NCBI RefSeq assembly: GCF_018977255.1
Contig: NW_024704757.1
Location: 14,942,001-15,006,000, forward strand
Length of the DNA stretch: 64,000 nt
Direction: 5' to 3'
Source: Callorhinchus milii
Taxonomy: Eukaryota
Made by a program: the position numbers and the translations under genes. Below, in pieces: positions 1 through 13,600 of the stretch. Within the stretch, counting starts at the first letter, position 1, and the number at the start of each line of letters is the position of its first letter. The notes beneath the pieces are model-generated. The model was given only the letters and a program-made list of their open reading frames with translations, was not told where the DNA came from and did not search any database.

Positions 1-54
1 CACGTTGCGTGGTGCCAAGGCTTTGTCAACTCTTCAGGGTGCCTCGCAGAAGCC

Positions 55-250
55 TATAATAATATAATACTAATCCTTGCATTTCAGCATAGCGTTTCAC
101 AGAATAATACTGTAAAATGAATCGACCGTATTTTGTGAGTGAAACGCGGCAGCCAATTGCGCAACAGCAGTGTCTCACCCCCCCCACACCCAAAACAGCT
201 ACGAAAGTGAATGTCCAATTTTATTTGGGGGATTTTTGACCAGGACACAG
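55..250 (-). mobile_element. SINE fragment (tRNA/Deu-domain family, 3' part)
   Basis: Reverse complement of the family core (ctgtgcgcaattggctgccgcgtttc...tcactttacag...gcaaggattatta). Confidence 0.75.
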
Positions 251-299
251 GGGGTGGGGGGGAAACTCATCTTTTTTTCGCAATGACTCAGATGACACG

Positions 300-520
300 G
301 GTTTAGATTTACAAAGGGCAATTTCAGGACAGATGCCACAAAGTTTTTTTTTGCCCAGAGGGTAATGAACAACTGGAACAGTGGCGAGGGAAGGGGTGGT
401 TGAGGCCAGAAAACTGGGACTCGTTTAGAAAGCAGCTTGAAGCTGTGTTGGGAGGAGAGTAGGGAGAGCGGATCAGTCGGACTAAGGATCTTCCTTCATT
501 CAAACCGACCTTGTATACAC
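300..520 (+). mobile_element. CR1-type LINE 3' fragment
   Basis: Degenerate ORF2 C-terminus FRTDA.KFFF.QRVMNNWNS...FRKQLEA. Confidence 0.7.
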
Positions 521-1084
521 TAATAAATGCAGGACATCCTGGTCACATAAGCAATAAAGGTAGACTGTGTTGGGACTTGCCCTCCTGAAACAGGGGGATG
601 ATTCAGCTGTGTTGTCGGATTAAGGGCAGGAAACTATGAACGTGTATTGACGGGCAAATGTTCCAACTGTTACTGTAGTTACTGTGGGAAAATGTCCTGG
701 AACAGTGATTTACCACATCAAATGCGCGAGTACATGTTTGGAGATGTGGGTGGGACATGACAAATATTTTCTTTGTAAGACAAGCCACCCAGGAAATTAC
801 TTGGCAGTCGCATTGTTGAGGGATGATGCCAACAAAACCAAGGGGTTTGAAACACCCAGAGTCCTGCCGTTGACTGTACAAACTGGGCTCTGGAACAAAG
901 GTGGTGAGGAAATAGTTGGAATATTTTCTTGCCACTCCTCGAGCTCCTTGTTAATAGGCGGGTTTCAAATAAAAGTGTTTCCTGTTTTTAAAAAACACAC
1001 ACAACAGTTTCCCCACCCATTAGCTCTCACTGTGGTAAATGTTGCACCAAGGTTAGACATAGTCACCTTGCGCCAAGATCAAGT

Positions 1085-1360
1085 CGGAACCCGGTTGTTA
1101 AAGTCGATTGGCGGATCGCTTTCCTGGGGCAATAATCCATTAAATTTTTTTAAAAAATAATAAATTGGTCACTTCAATCCACGACTGTTTGCGTGTGGGA
1201 CGCTGCTGCGCATAATTGGCTGCTGCGTTTCGCCCCCAAAAAATAGACTTTACGGTGTTAATTCACTTTTACGGTATATGCTGTGAAGCGCTTTGAGATG
1301 TCTCGACGACGTGTTAAGGCGCTCTATCAAACGCGAGGATTCTTAAGGATTATTATATTA
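1085..1360 (+). mobile_element. 5'-truncated tRNA-derived SINE
   Basis: Matches body and (ATT)n tail of the full copies at 48245 and 50108. Confidence 0.85.
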
Positions 1361-2384
1361 TGTACATAACATTGAGTTTGACCCCTGAAGGGATTCAGAC
1401 TCATTCTCTCATGTCATTGTTGACTCCCTATCCGTATCGCATTTTATTACAAGTTTTGCCACTCCCTTGCTTTGAAAACAATCTGCATTTTGTTCAGGGA
1501 AGCATTTGTTCCACCTCGTGCGAGTGGAACAGAAACTCACAGACAGGAATGTCTGCTTGAGTGATTTTTTTTTAAAAAAAAAGATGTTTCCTTCTCTCTA
1601 ACGTTCCCGGTGTCCTGCCCAACAATCCCCCGAATAAAATTGGTCACGCTCGCTTCACGGCTGTTTGTGGGACAATTTGCTACGTGCAAATTGGCTGCAA
1701 CTAAATGCACTGCCCCTACACTTTACAGCAGGTCCTGTGAAACGCTTTGAGACATCATCCTGGCGCGAAAGGCGCTGTCTCATCGTTGGAGCACCCACTG
1801 TTCTGTGCGAGACACCAGATGGCAATGTGACACACATCAATCACGTGGTAAAAATAAACACAAAGCTTGCTTGGCCTTAGTGGGACACGTGGAGTTCTCA
1901 GTTTGGTTCAGGAACTCTTAAGCACGGCGATGGGTTCCCGCGTGTGTCAGGCGCCCGGCTGACCAACAACAAGAAAAACCACCGGAAAGCCCTCGGAGGA
2001 GTTATCCTCCGTGAAGGGTGCTACCCTGTATAAATGCAAGTTTGTTTTTTTTTGATTCCCCCCCCTCACTCAAAACCTACAACCACATGTCGGGAATAAA
2101 TACGTGATTTGAATCTGAGTCAGGAGGCGGTGAGCGATGGAGGGTAGAGGTCACTGGGAGAGAGGGAGAGGGGAAAAAAAACTCCGCAGAAAGTAAACAA
2201 AGGATCAGCGATTGTGGCTCAAAACAGTGTTACGTGCTCGGTGGTAAGTGATTTTATTTTGCAGCAGACCCCAGGCTAGTTGGCGAACGGAATTTTCCAT
2301 CTCCCATTTGCATACGTTCAAGTACTTGTTCATGTTGGGAGTTGGGAGGATCATGGCTGGATGTTTTTGCTCCTGGCCTTGCGG

Positions 2385-2450
2385 TGTCTGTGCGTGTGTG
2401 TGCGTGCGTGTGTGTGTGTGCGCGCGCGCGCTCTCTCGCGTGTCCGTGTG
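2385..2450. repeat. (TG)n/(CG)n alternating purine-pyrimidine microsatellite
   Basis: Directly visible. Confidence 0.85.
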
Positions 2451-3159
2451 CTTGTGCTGAATGTGTGTACCACAAGCCAGGTGATTCACATGTCTCCCCA
2501 TTGCTGTGAGTGCTGGCTCTCAATGGCTGGAGTCATTGCCAAAGGCTTCATTTGATGAAATATAAAAGAAAACATTTAATGGGAGTGAGGATCAAGTGTG
2601 AGTGTTACCAGCCACCACCTATTAGTGTCCTACAGCTGGAGGTGGGAACCTCGCTCCATAGATTAATAACACCAATAATGATCCTTGCGTTTGATACAGC
2701 GCCTGAACACGTCTTCGAGACGTCTCAAAAAGCGCCTCAACAGGACACACTGCAAAGTGAATTGACTGTATATTTTGTGGGCGAAACACTCCTCCCAGAC
2801 GAACACTCTAGAAGGTGCTAGGCAGCCGCACACAATAAAACCGAACGCCTCCGTTGCAGGAATCACCTCGCGTTCCCTCTGAGAAACGGGCTTTGGTTTT
2901 CGTTGGCATCGAATTTTTTTCCCAGTGAAAGCTAATGGTCGGCATTTGGATGGTGGTGGGTTTGGCCGTTAAAAAGATTGCGAAACCGGGCCACGCAGGA
3001 AACTGCCCTGTTCTCTGGTGTAAGTATTAAAAGAGGAGAGAGCAGCAGTTTCGCGTGGCAGTTGGTTGTGGGTTATTGAGTAATATTGCACTGTGTGTGT
3101 CCTCTTACTGGCACAGATAATCTCATAATGGAAGGAAGGACATGTTTTAGCTGTGTTTT

Positions 3160-3400
3160 GGCTCCCGGCCTGTTCAGGTGGATGTTAAAGATTCCGTGGC
3201 ACTATTATGTTAGAAAAGGGAGTTTCTCCTGGTGTCCTCGCCAACATTTCTCCGGATAAAACTGGTAATCAATTGCCTTCGACCTGTGGGAACTTGCTTG
3301 CATTGCCAATTAGCGGCGGAGCTCCACCTACAAATATGTACGGTCACTACACTTGACTCCCAATTTCTCGTGAAGCCAGTGCTTGACATGTTTTGATAGA
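3160..3400 (+). mobile_element. Old DeuSINE (SacSINE1/AmnSINE1-like) fragment
   Basis: caggtggatgttaaagattccgtggcactatt...ctcctggtgtcctcgccaacatt matches the Deu-domain core. Confidence 0.7.
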
Positions 3401-5449
3401 TGGGCTGCCAGCGCTATTGGTGTGGATTAAGTGGGATCACAACCACAACGAGATCAGTTGAGTGCCTGCTGTTTGCTCTGCCCCCCGCCCCCCCACCCCC
3501 CCCAATTCGCTTGCACACGTAAATTACTGCCTAAATTCTGTTGTCTCACAGCTGATTTAACCGCCCAGTTATCACATTGACGATCCACTTTCTTCACACA
3601 CACCCACACACACCCACGCGCGCGCTCAGGAAGTGTTGATCCGAAGTATCTCGGCACTCGCGCTTTTTAACAAGAGCTCTGGGTGTCCTGCGGAAGAAAG
3701 GGGACGACACCTATCAGCGCGCTCCTGCATTTTATTTAGTCAACGGTTTGGACTCCAGCTGTTACTCGCTCAAACTGTCCATTTCAACGCACCACCAGTG
3801 CGCTTCAACATCTGTGCTCTTTTAACTATGACCTACATACAAACGCAGCGCGCTTGTTGTTCTGTTCCTCGTCTGCCTTCACTTGACATATATTCGATTA
3901 ATGCTCATAAAACTGTCATCGGATTTAGAGGCACCGAGTATAAAAGAAGTAAATGGGCCACTCGTTTATATCGGGCCCGAGTTTAATATGAAACCTCTCC
4001 TAAAATAACAGCCGGCTTTGGGTGTGTGCGCGCGAGTGTGTTTTTATATATATATATTTTTAAAAATGCAGATGTTTTCCAGTTGCTGCCTGGAAACTTT
4101 TTATTCCGTTTTATTTATTTTTTTTAAAAAAAAATCCACTTTTCGGGACAACAGCAAAGTCAGGAGAGGGTGGTTATGTTGGAGAAGTATAGAGCGATTA
4201 CCCGTGAGCTGGTCACCCACTGCGTTCGGAGCGAGAGGGACGCAGAATTTTTTTTTTTTTTTTAAAAATTCACGGAGGTAGAGAGTAAATTATTTTTTTT
4301 TAAAAACAAACAGTTTCTACAAAAGTAGAAATGTTATTTTTTTTAACGGGATTCCTTAATAAGCAATCTGAGTCATGCAGGGCGGATTTCCTTCCAGTCA
4401 CCAGTGTTGCACTAAAAAACAGATGCCGGTCTCTTCTCTCTCTCACTCTCTCCCTCCCACGCACCACCACCACCCTCTTTCTTTCTCTCTTTCTTTCTCT
4501 TTCTCTCTATCCACTTCCAGGCTCGCGCGGTTAACTGCGCATCAAATGCTCATCGAGAAATACTTCACCACATGGTGTGAAAGTGAATACGGTGATAAAA
4601 CGCGGTCCATTGGATATTAATCGTCCTGGTGGGGTAAAACAAATGTAACTTAATAGTGTGATTCATCTGCACGTGGGATGGTCCTGGACTAAATTGCAAG
4701 ATGTGCACCGTCTTATCTGCTGTGGTCGGAGGATGTGAGTTGAAGATCACAAAGTCCCAGCTTTATACGCTCTCCCATGTGGTGGCAACAGATTTATTCT
4801 TTCAATGCAGTAATGATTCATTTCATATCAAGCATCTGGCCAAACGTCCCCACTGATACATCCCCTCATCGGGAAATACTGTAGCTCTCTGCATGCATGT
4901 CGAGATTATTGTGTCATATCCTTTAAATTCATGCCATTTCCCTCCTTTCCCCACATTTGATTGCAGGAATAGACGGTGCAAATAGGGAACAGGAACAGTA
5001 CACCCTAGTGGTTCGCAATGTACTGCGTACAGTTTAGCCCTGACCTCGAACTAACGTATATCTCCAGTGGGAAGCAAAGTCTTGCTCTATTTTGGTGTGT
5101 CCAATGTCCATCAGATATCAATAGTACTGGAGTGTCCCCCCCAAAAAAGTCAATGGCAAATAATTGCCATCTGTTTGTTGTATAAAACCAATAGACTATT
5201 AATATTGGACACAGAGGCTTTTAGCGTTTCGCCATCTTGCCTTTCTGAGACAAGTGATGTTAATATGGGCTTCGAGGTGATGTGTTTGCCGAGACGAGGC
5301 GCTGAAGCATTTTTGATAATTGACCGGCANTTTTTTCTGGCTCCGTCAATGAGACTTCGGAGGTAGATATATCCTCAATTCTACAGGCCAAAAGGCGAAT
5401 AATGGATAGGGATGGTTCTGGCCGTGTAAGTATCGTAAACGACGAGTGG

Positions 5450-5643
5450 CCCCTCAAGAAAAAAAATAATACATTGGTCATTTCAATCCACGACTGTTTG
5501 CGGGGACGCTGCTGTGCGCGATTGGCTGCCGCGTTTTGCCCACAAATATACGGTGAATTCACTTTAGTCTATTCTGCGAAGCGCTTTGGGACGTCGAGAA
5601 GACGTGAAAAGCGCTGTATCAGGTGCAAGGATTATTATTATAT
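5450..5643 (+). mobile_element. SINE 3' half
   Basis: Family core plus tail gcgctttgggacgtc...gcaaggattattatta. Confidence 0.85.
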
Positions 5644-8600
5644 AGAGCAAGGTTAAACGCAGGCAAATTTGAGCTCATCTTCAAGGTTGTAAGACGATCG
5701 GGAATGTCAGATGATGTCCTGAATCTAAAGCGCGATGAAGCCTTCTGGAAAGGCACGTTTGTCCTGCGACCTTTTGATTCCCTTCTGACCAATCCGCGCT
5801 TTGTCAGGAAAGCAATTTTGCCTTTTGGTTTAAGGAATTCTGTAAGTTGCCGGCGTCCGGAACAGATGGGAGATTCTGGTAGTGACACACGTACAGTACC
5901 CCTTTAGTATGAGTGACATAAATGTCTCACAAGTTACTGTCCTCAGCGGAGAGTCTCTGCTCGACGTGTATGGTAACCCATCCGGAATTGACATAATTTG
6001 ATGAGTTATCAAGCTGAATTATTTATGTGACCTTGAAGCTAGTCATGCACGTTTCAAGCAGGAAAAAGCACTTTTTTTAAAAAAAAAATCAACGCGGCCT
6101 TTTGTAGTACAAGACCACAGGGCAGTGTCTTGTGGTTTTGATCAGATGTCAATCCAGTGTTCCCGCAGAAAATATTGTTTTCCCCGATAATGCTATTACG
6201 ATTGACTCACTTCTTATCGTGTAAACTTCAGTTCATAACATCAGAACGTTCTACTCGTTTCACGAACGGAAAGGTTACTTAATGGGATTGCTCACTGCCT
6301 CGTTTATATAAAAAAATACATATTTAATTCGGTCATTGGATTGCTCCTTTAACAGAAACTGCTGGATGTGTTCTGCAATGTGCTCTGTTGCTATAATTTT
6401 GAAGAGAAATGTCTCAAATAGAAAGCTCTCCTGTTTGTTAGAACAATTTGCAAATAAATTTGATTGTGCAGCATTACTCTATCTATCATTTAGGACTATT
6501 TTTCAATTGATAACATTTAGAAGTATAAGTAGTTTAACAAAATGAAACGTATACATAAGACGTTTGTTACCTCATTGGAAGAACACTACAATGTGGTTCA
6601 TTCTTAGAACGTAAGCCGTTATCATCGAAGCAGCTCAAATCCAATCCAAACCAAGTGTGACTTTCAAACTTGTTTTGCGGATATCCTTCGAGTATTTCCC
6701 TGTTTTTTTTTAAAAAAAATTGACTGCAAATTGTTTTGCAGTAAAACACAGCTGTAAATTTGTGCAAGTTACATCTGTATAGCGCCTTTCATGTTGGGAG
6801 GACGTCCCAAGGCGCTGGACAATTAGGGATCTAGACCCGAATGGGGGGGGGGAGGGGTGAGACGGAAGGCACGGTCAAGCAATTTGTTTCAGGAATGTGA
6901 AAATAACATGAGAAGCAGCGTATTTATAAAATGCAGTTGCACCTCAACATAATACAGTAAAACTCACGTGAGTTTGTATCAGTCGGGCCATTCAATGCAA
7001 CCGACCGTTAAGTCTGCCCATGTCGATTCAATCAGCCGTTAAAGCGCAGGAGTAATGGACTTGGGGAGCAGCACTGCGAGTTAGGAGGTGATTAATACGA
7101 TGCGCGCAAAGAAATCTAAGTGGTTTTGATAGGAAACTGAATGGGATTCGGGTGACCGTACGACTCGGGCGATTATTCGATGTATCAAGATGAGATTTAT
7201 GTGATCTTTACCATATAACCGCTTCGCAGTGATAACTACTGTAATATTTTCCGAAGTTTTCACTAGAAGTTGATCGGCAGCCAAATAATGAGGTCAATCC
7301 TAATACCTCACGGCTGACTTACAACCAGATATGTTTACGGCAGGAAATATGTCCTCATTTGGCAGGAAAAGACAAAAAAGCCAGTCTCCCAGGTGGCGGG
7401 GAGAGGGTGGGGGAAAGGGGGGAATCTGTCATAGGGTAGACTTAAATGTTTGAATACTCTAAGCAAGTTTTTTTTTAAAAAAACAAACGTGAATCCAATT
7501 GATGCATTTTTTTGGGGGGTGGGGGGTGGTGACATCCATCAATGCGAGTAAAATGTTGGCAAAGTTACGGCTTGAAAAAAAAAAAAAGCACAGTAAATGT
7601 GTTTATCGAACCCAAGTTAAAGCACGAGTCAGGGTGGTCCAACCTTTTGGCTGCCGAGGGCCGGATGCACGACGTGAGTAACATCCGCTGGCTGCATAAG
7701 CAATATTTTTGTTTCCCTTCCAGAAACACAATGCAGTAACATTTACGGGTTACGGAGGGAGCGGGTGGGCCAGACCCGTTCGCTGTAACGTCCAGGTTTT
7801 AAAGGTTGGTTCACAGCGTAGCTGAAATAGAATGACTTTGTTCTGCTTTCAAATCTCACGTGGGGTTCCCTTCATACCGGGGCAAATCACGCAGAAGAGT
7901 TCGACATCCCCTTCTAAGTTTCGAAACGAAAAACCAAGATCTGAGATTGATGAATTAAATCAATTAAAAGTCTTCTTTGTGCCCGGTATTGAACAAGACG
8001 TGAAAAGCGCTCTATCAAATGCAAGGATTATTGTTATCATTATTACTCGTGTTTATTCAACAAAATATATAGTTGACATTGGAGCGTTTGTTGCCACGGA
8101 ATAAAGTAGTGAACACAGTGCAGGGCTCCCTCTAGTGCCGCGTATCAAAAGAGAAACGAGTTGGATTTTGGACGATCAGAAGTAATCAGACGAAGAAAGC
8201 CATTCGATCTGACTTAATCAGAATAACCAGCCTTCTTCCGTTCCCTTGCAGCACCCAGCTGCTACCTTAAAGGCGACTTGGAGCTGAAGCTTGAGGTCCT
8301 AAAACTTCCGTCACGATGAAAAGTCTCAAAGCGCTCGACCGGGAATTGACGCCAGTGGTTCAGACAAAGTTACCTTTGTCGGCAAACATAGCACTAAAAC
8401 TACAAGACACAAATGTTAACAAACGCTAAAAATTCAGAGAGGCTCCCCAACAAATGAGTTGGCAAAGACATTGTATAATGTGGAACTCAACAATACTGAG
8501 CGCAGGTTCAATCCCCGGGCTCCACTGATTTAGGATTTTAAAAAAAACATCCTATATTTATGATGTAAAAAGCAAAGACCACGAGTCATATTTCTCTCTT

Positions 8601-9816
8601 TCTACTGTCTAGATTTTTATTAATTAATGTTTAGTCAGTTTTACATTGATTTATGATTGCTACGATTAATTGAAACGGGTGATTAGAAGACTGATCAACG
8701 TAAAGGGTTGCATGATGAAAGCGTTCTTCTGGACGCAAATTGTAGTGTGCAAAGGTTAAAGAGGCTAAAATAATTTTCATTTTCTTCTGTCTGTCTCTCA
8801 CTGATCAAATCAGAGCGAAATCTCGATTTTAAAATTAATTTCTTTACGTAATCTCAGGGAACACCCAATGCAGTGATTCTATCCGGACAGTCTCTCTCTT
8901 ACGACGGAGGGGGTTGAGAGGAATTTGGCGGCTCTCCATTTTGGGTATCAGTCGCTGAAAAAAAAAAATCATCAGAAGTAATAACTTGGGACTGAAGTGC
9001 GTGATAACATTACAAAGTGTGCTGTACGCAGAGCTCCTAACAGCTCACGGTTCTTTACTAAAACATTCCCCTTTCCCGTGTAGAGACACCGTTCCGGCGC
9101 GAAGGGCGCAATATAAATGTAAGTTGTTGTTGTTGTGTACAACCAAAAACTGCCTCCTGGTAATCTCTCAGTTCCTGCTGTCTGTTCGCCGGTTTCACCG
9201 TTACGCACTTTTAAGAGATTGCGGTGGTACGTGGAGCCCTGTAGCGTAGTGATAGTGGGACGTCTTCCTGACCTGGAAGGCGCTTTGCAAATGTAATTTT
9301 GATTTGTACTGCCGTGGCCAGCGGCGCTTGCGAAAGTTGCAAATACTTTAGTAACTGCTTTAATAATTAGCTAAATGGGAAAAGAGAACCTACCAGCCCG
9401 CTCAGGACAGATGCAGCCAGCTGTGGACGGACGAGGACAATCTACATTCCCATTTTGAGGGCAGAATACCTTCACAGGACCTCGTCCTTAAACAGCCAAC
9501 GGAATTAGTCGTTAATTTATTATGACAGAATAATTGCATTGAATGCACGCGGAATTACAAAGGCCTGCAGTTTGCAAGATTTCATAGGACATCAGCTGTG
9601 AGCAAAAAATCCAAGCAATTTTACACATTTAATACATATTATTACATATAATAATGGGCTAAAGGTTGTAAAGCTACCTTACGATAGTATTCTAACCTTT
9701 AGCTCATTATTAATATTATTCCTGGATTTATTGTGAACTTGTGCAATACGTTTGCCTGCACCGCCCCAATACGTATAAAGAAAAGCTTACTTTAGGCGCA
9801 TCAGTTTTCTAAGGTA

Positions 9817-9822
9817 TTTATT
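9817..9822 (-). terminator. Candidate polyadenylation signal of the C16orf96-like gene
   Basis: AATAAA on the minus strand about 0.85 kb past the predicted stop. Confidence 0.35.
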
Positions 9823-10214
9823 GAGCGATATATGTCCACAAATAGCCATGGTAAGTAATGCTATAACTGAAAGATTGCAAACAAACAAACCTGGCAGAAA
9901 TGTATCAAAAAAATGAACAGTGTAAATTATAGAAAGAATCCCTGGGTGCACTCTTATTACCAGTGAGAGACTTTGCTAATAAATGCTGCCTCACAAATGG
10001 GAGTTCCCGTTCCGCATTAAGGAACACGTCACTATTAAACATTGTTTTTTTTAAAATAAAAGGTTGTAAACACTCATTTGTGTATTAAATTCACATGATG
10101 ATAATAATCTTTGTTTCAATCTCCTGTGCCTTACTGTTTGGAGAAAGGCATTTGACTGTTAAAACAATTTAATTTAAATTAACTACAGAATTTATGACAC
10201 CATTATCTTTTACT

Positions 10215-10480
10215 GTTTAAGATTCTGATAGGATTTGATAAGGTAGACTTTAATGGGCCATTTTTACTTGTAGGCAAGTCCAAAATGAGGGGCCATAAAT
10301 ATAAGGTAGATAGTAGCAGATCCAAAAGGGAGTGTGGAGGAAATTCTTTATGCAGAGGATGAGAATTAATGAATGTGGAATTCACTGGGGTTGAAGCAAT
10401 ATCTATTGAAGAGAAAAGTTGACGTAACTATGAGGAGAAGGTAATAGAACGGTTTTGTGGCTAATATAACCATACATTTG
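10215..10480 (+). mobile_element. Degenerate CR1 LINE 3' fragment
   Basis: FKIL.GFDKVD...S.MRGHKYK...QR...WNSL-like CR1 ORF2 end. Confidence 0.65.
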
Positions 10481-10660
10481 CACCTGTTACTGAAACTGAA
10501 CAGCATGTTGCTAATATTATTCTGGGAACAAAATAGAACTGGAAAGGTCACTGTTCACTTCATTTCCCAGTGTGGAAATCTGGTGAAATAATATTCTCCC
10601 GTCTACTATTCACATCTCGGTAACTGTTTGTTTAAAATAGGACATTTCTTGGTAAGTAAA

Positions 10661-13600
10661 CTAGGAGGTACCTGCACATCGCTCTTGTGTTGCCCTGTCC
10701 GAGGCTGTAAAATATCAACCAAAATACAATCATGTTAAAAAAGATGAAGTTTACACGAGAGGTCTAGACAAACGACATGGGATGCACGTAGACTGCAATC
10801 TCTTTACCATACCATTCGCATGTTTTTCAGTACATACTGTATATTGACCTAAAAGTAGTCCATAGAAATGTTACAGGAGCAGTGACCACAAGAAGGGAGG
10901 GACAGTGTAGAACTAGCAATGTGACGGGGGGAGAGAGAGGGCTGGCACGAGGGAAAGAGATGGCAGCCAGAAGAAGAGGCGTAGAGGGGAGGAGCTGATA
11001 CCAGGTGGAGGATACTGTGGCGGGAGAGAAAGGACAGACCCGGACGTTATAGCTCCTGGTGCAGGAAGTTGTCTTGATAATTCGTCCAATATAAAAGTAA
11101 ATTCCAAGTGCCAGAGAATTATTAAATAAAAACCCCTTGCACAACTGTTCACATTAAAGTTCTGATCGTGTTTTGTATATCCTTTATACAAAGCGAGAAA
11201 AGATACGAGTTTCTTATTACCTGCAGGATCCTGTCCTGAAGTCCCATTAAGTGGTGCAGGGGATGCCGTAACTCCTGACAAACATCAATCGAAATAATAA
11301 AGCATTTCAAAGGATTTACCATCACAAAAAGTTCCATATCCACAATGGGCCCAATATATATACACATTTCAGACAGTTCTATTCCTTTTACATCGGATCT
11401 TTAAATAGTGAGCACAAGACTTTCATTTCATCAGGCTGAACGAGCCCCAGTGTTAAAGTAGGGTAGTTGACAGCATCAAGCAATCCTCTACAAATGAGGG
11501 TTGCTTTACACATCTACAGCTCTTTGAGACGTCTCAACGACGTCATAAGGCGCTATATCAAACGTTATTATTATTATTATTAATACCAACAGAATTTAAA
11601 ACAGCACCTGGGCATCGACAAACACTTGAAGCTTCTGGTGCCCCGAGTGTAGCACATACATCACGAGGTGCAGCTGGAGTTGCTGAAAAATCACGAGATC
11701 CGGTACCTGGAAAAATATAAACCCCAAATCGCCAGAATTAGGAAATCTCCTAGGTAACGTTTCGGCTCGGATTACAAGCACTGCATAACCTGCTTGCCAT
11801 TATGTTCTGTGTAAAATGTGTAGGCGGTTGAGAATCAAGGACTAAGTGAAATGATTTTTTTTTTAAATTGATGCGAAAATGGGATTCAGTGAAAACTGAA
11901 AATCAGACGAGTTTTCCTTTCTTTCAATGAATTTGGAACTGTGTCCACGATGCCATGATGTTTGACCCGATATCAGCTTAAATAGAAGTCACTCCGGTAA
12001 ATTTTCTCTTCGCCCTTGCAAAACTAACAAACGTGCCGGGCGGACTGACTCTCAATAGATGTGTGGAGGATGCAAAATGGTCTAATTGGACTACACAAAT
12101 GATTGTGATAGTAAGGTTCAAACTCAAGATATCATCAACCGCTGATGTCCTCTCGAACTAGCCAAAGGCACCACCTGGTCCTCTGGAGTGATCGGGGCAC
12201 AAACACTCGATTTAAAAAGAAAAACTAAGCACCTGAACATCGACACATCCCAATGTCTTGCTTCTGGGTTGAATTACACAATTCACCAGTACGAGGCGAA
12301 CTCGCTGGAAAGACAGCAAACAAAATTAAGTTCTAGGAACCATACATATTGCGACTAACGTGTCCCGAACATTAATCTGGAGAGCTACAGAAACAGATTT
12401 GTTTTTGATCGTGTATCAAGAGTAATGGAAGGTAGTCTAATTTTAACTAGCATTTGGCCCCCGTTTCTATATATACGTTTCCTCCCATTTATCCCACCTC
12501 TACAAAAAGGAATCATTCTCGACTCTATATATTAACAGTGCGTCTGACAACAGACAGTTACCCAGAAAAGTAATAAAGTCTGGCTAGCTAAGGAGCGCAC
12601 ATACCCATGAGAAAAAAAAACTATTACAATTCAATCGGATAAACTGATAAACAAACAAATTGACTTGAAATGTGAAATGGATACGTAAGAAATGATTTTG
12701 TATGATAATAACCAGTAATGCCATCTGCGTTCGGTTCCATAATGGTGTGATATGGAGGCTCCAAGATAACAGCCAAAAAAAAAAGGAAGATTTTAAAAAG
12801 TGAGCTATTTTAAGAAATCATAAACTTCCAAACTTACAAGTCTGATGGCAGTAAATACATCTTGGAGTCATAGAAGTGGGAGGACCATTTTCAGGTTGCG
12901 AACTTGGCACATTTGTTCCACTTGCTTTTTTCTCCACTAGTAAATAGGATAGGCCGATTAATGAGGAACTGAACACATGTAACTTAAAAATCAGACTGAT
13001 AAGATTTTCTTGCAACAACAACAACTTGGATTTATATAGCGCCCTCCACGCCGGAGGGCGTCTCAGAGCGCTTTACAATAACGGATCCCGGGACCGAGCC
13101 GGGAGGGGGCGGGGAGGTGGGGGGAAGGTGACCAAAGGTGCGGTCGAAAAGAAGTGGAGGGTGGAGCGGAGGACTCGGGGGACTCGGAGGGGCCAGAACC
13201 GGAGGAACGAAGGCAATGGGTACTGTTTTGAGGAGCGAGGAGGTCAGAGAGGTAGGGAGGTATGCAGACATGTGTACATGACACCCATAATAGATAGACC
13301 TTCATAATTATTGGTTCAGAAGGTCAGTGAAAGTACTGTGACAAAATCATGGGAATTATATAAAGATCTGAATCTAGATTCCGAGAAGCTGCTATTGATA
13401 TTGTGTACAGAATCCACACAAAACCTAGACTGGCTCTACAAACAGTTTAAGGCTGAATGTTGTAAAATTTGATGGTTTCTAGTAACATTACCACATAAAA
13501 TGCTGTGTACACCAAAAGGAAATAGGAAATACTGCAATGCATTTGAAATGTAAACAAAGAGGCGGCCAGTGGAAAGGTCCAATTTTATAACACAGCAATA

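Noticed and set aside
603-1160. 158 aa and 110 aa overlapping ORFs and a possible minus-strand two-exon peptide (VTMSNLGATFTT/ELEEWQENIPT...)
   Set aside because: No recognisable homology, weak splice signals, and one end runs into a SINE.
6571-6689. Possible minus-strand exon (EILEGYPQNKFESHTWFG...)
   Set aside because: Acceptor preceded by an A-run, no partner exons, no recognisable family.
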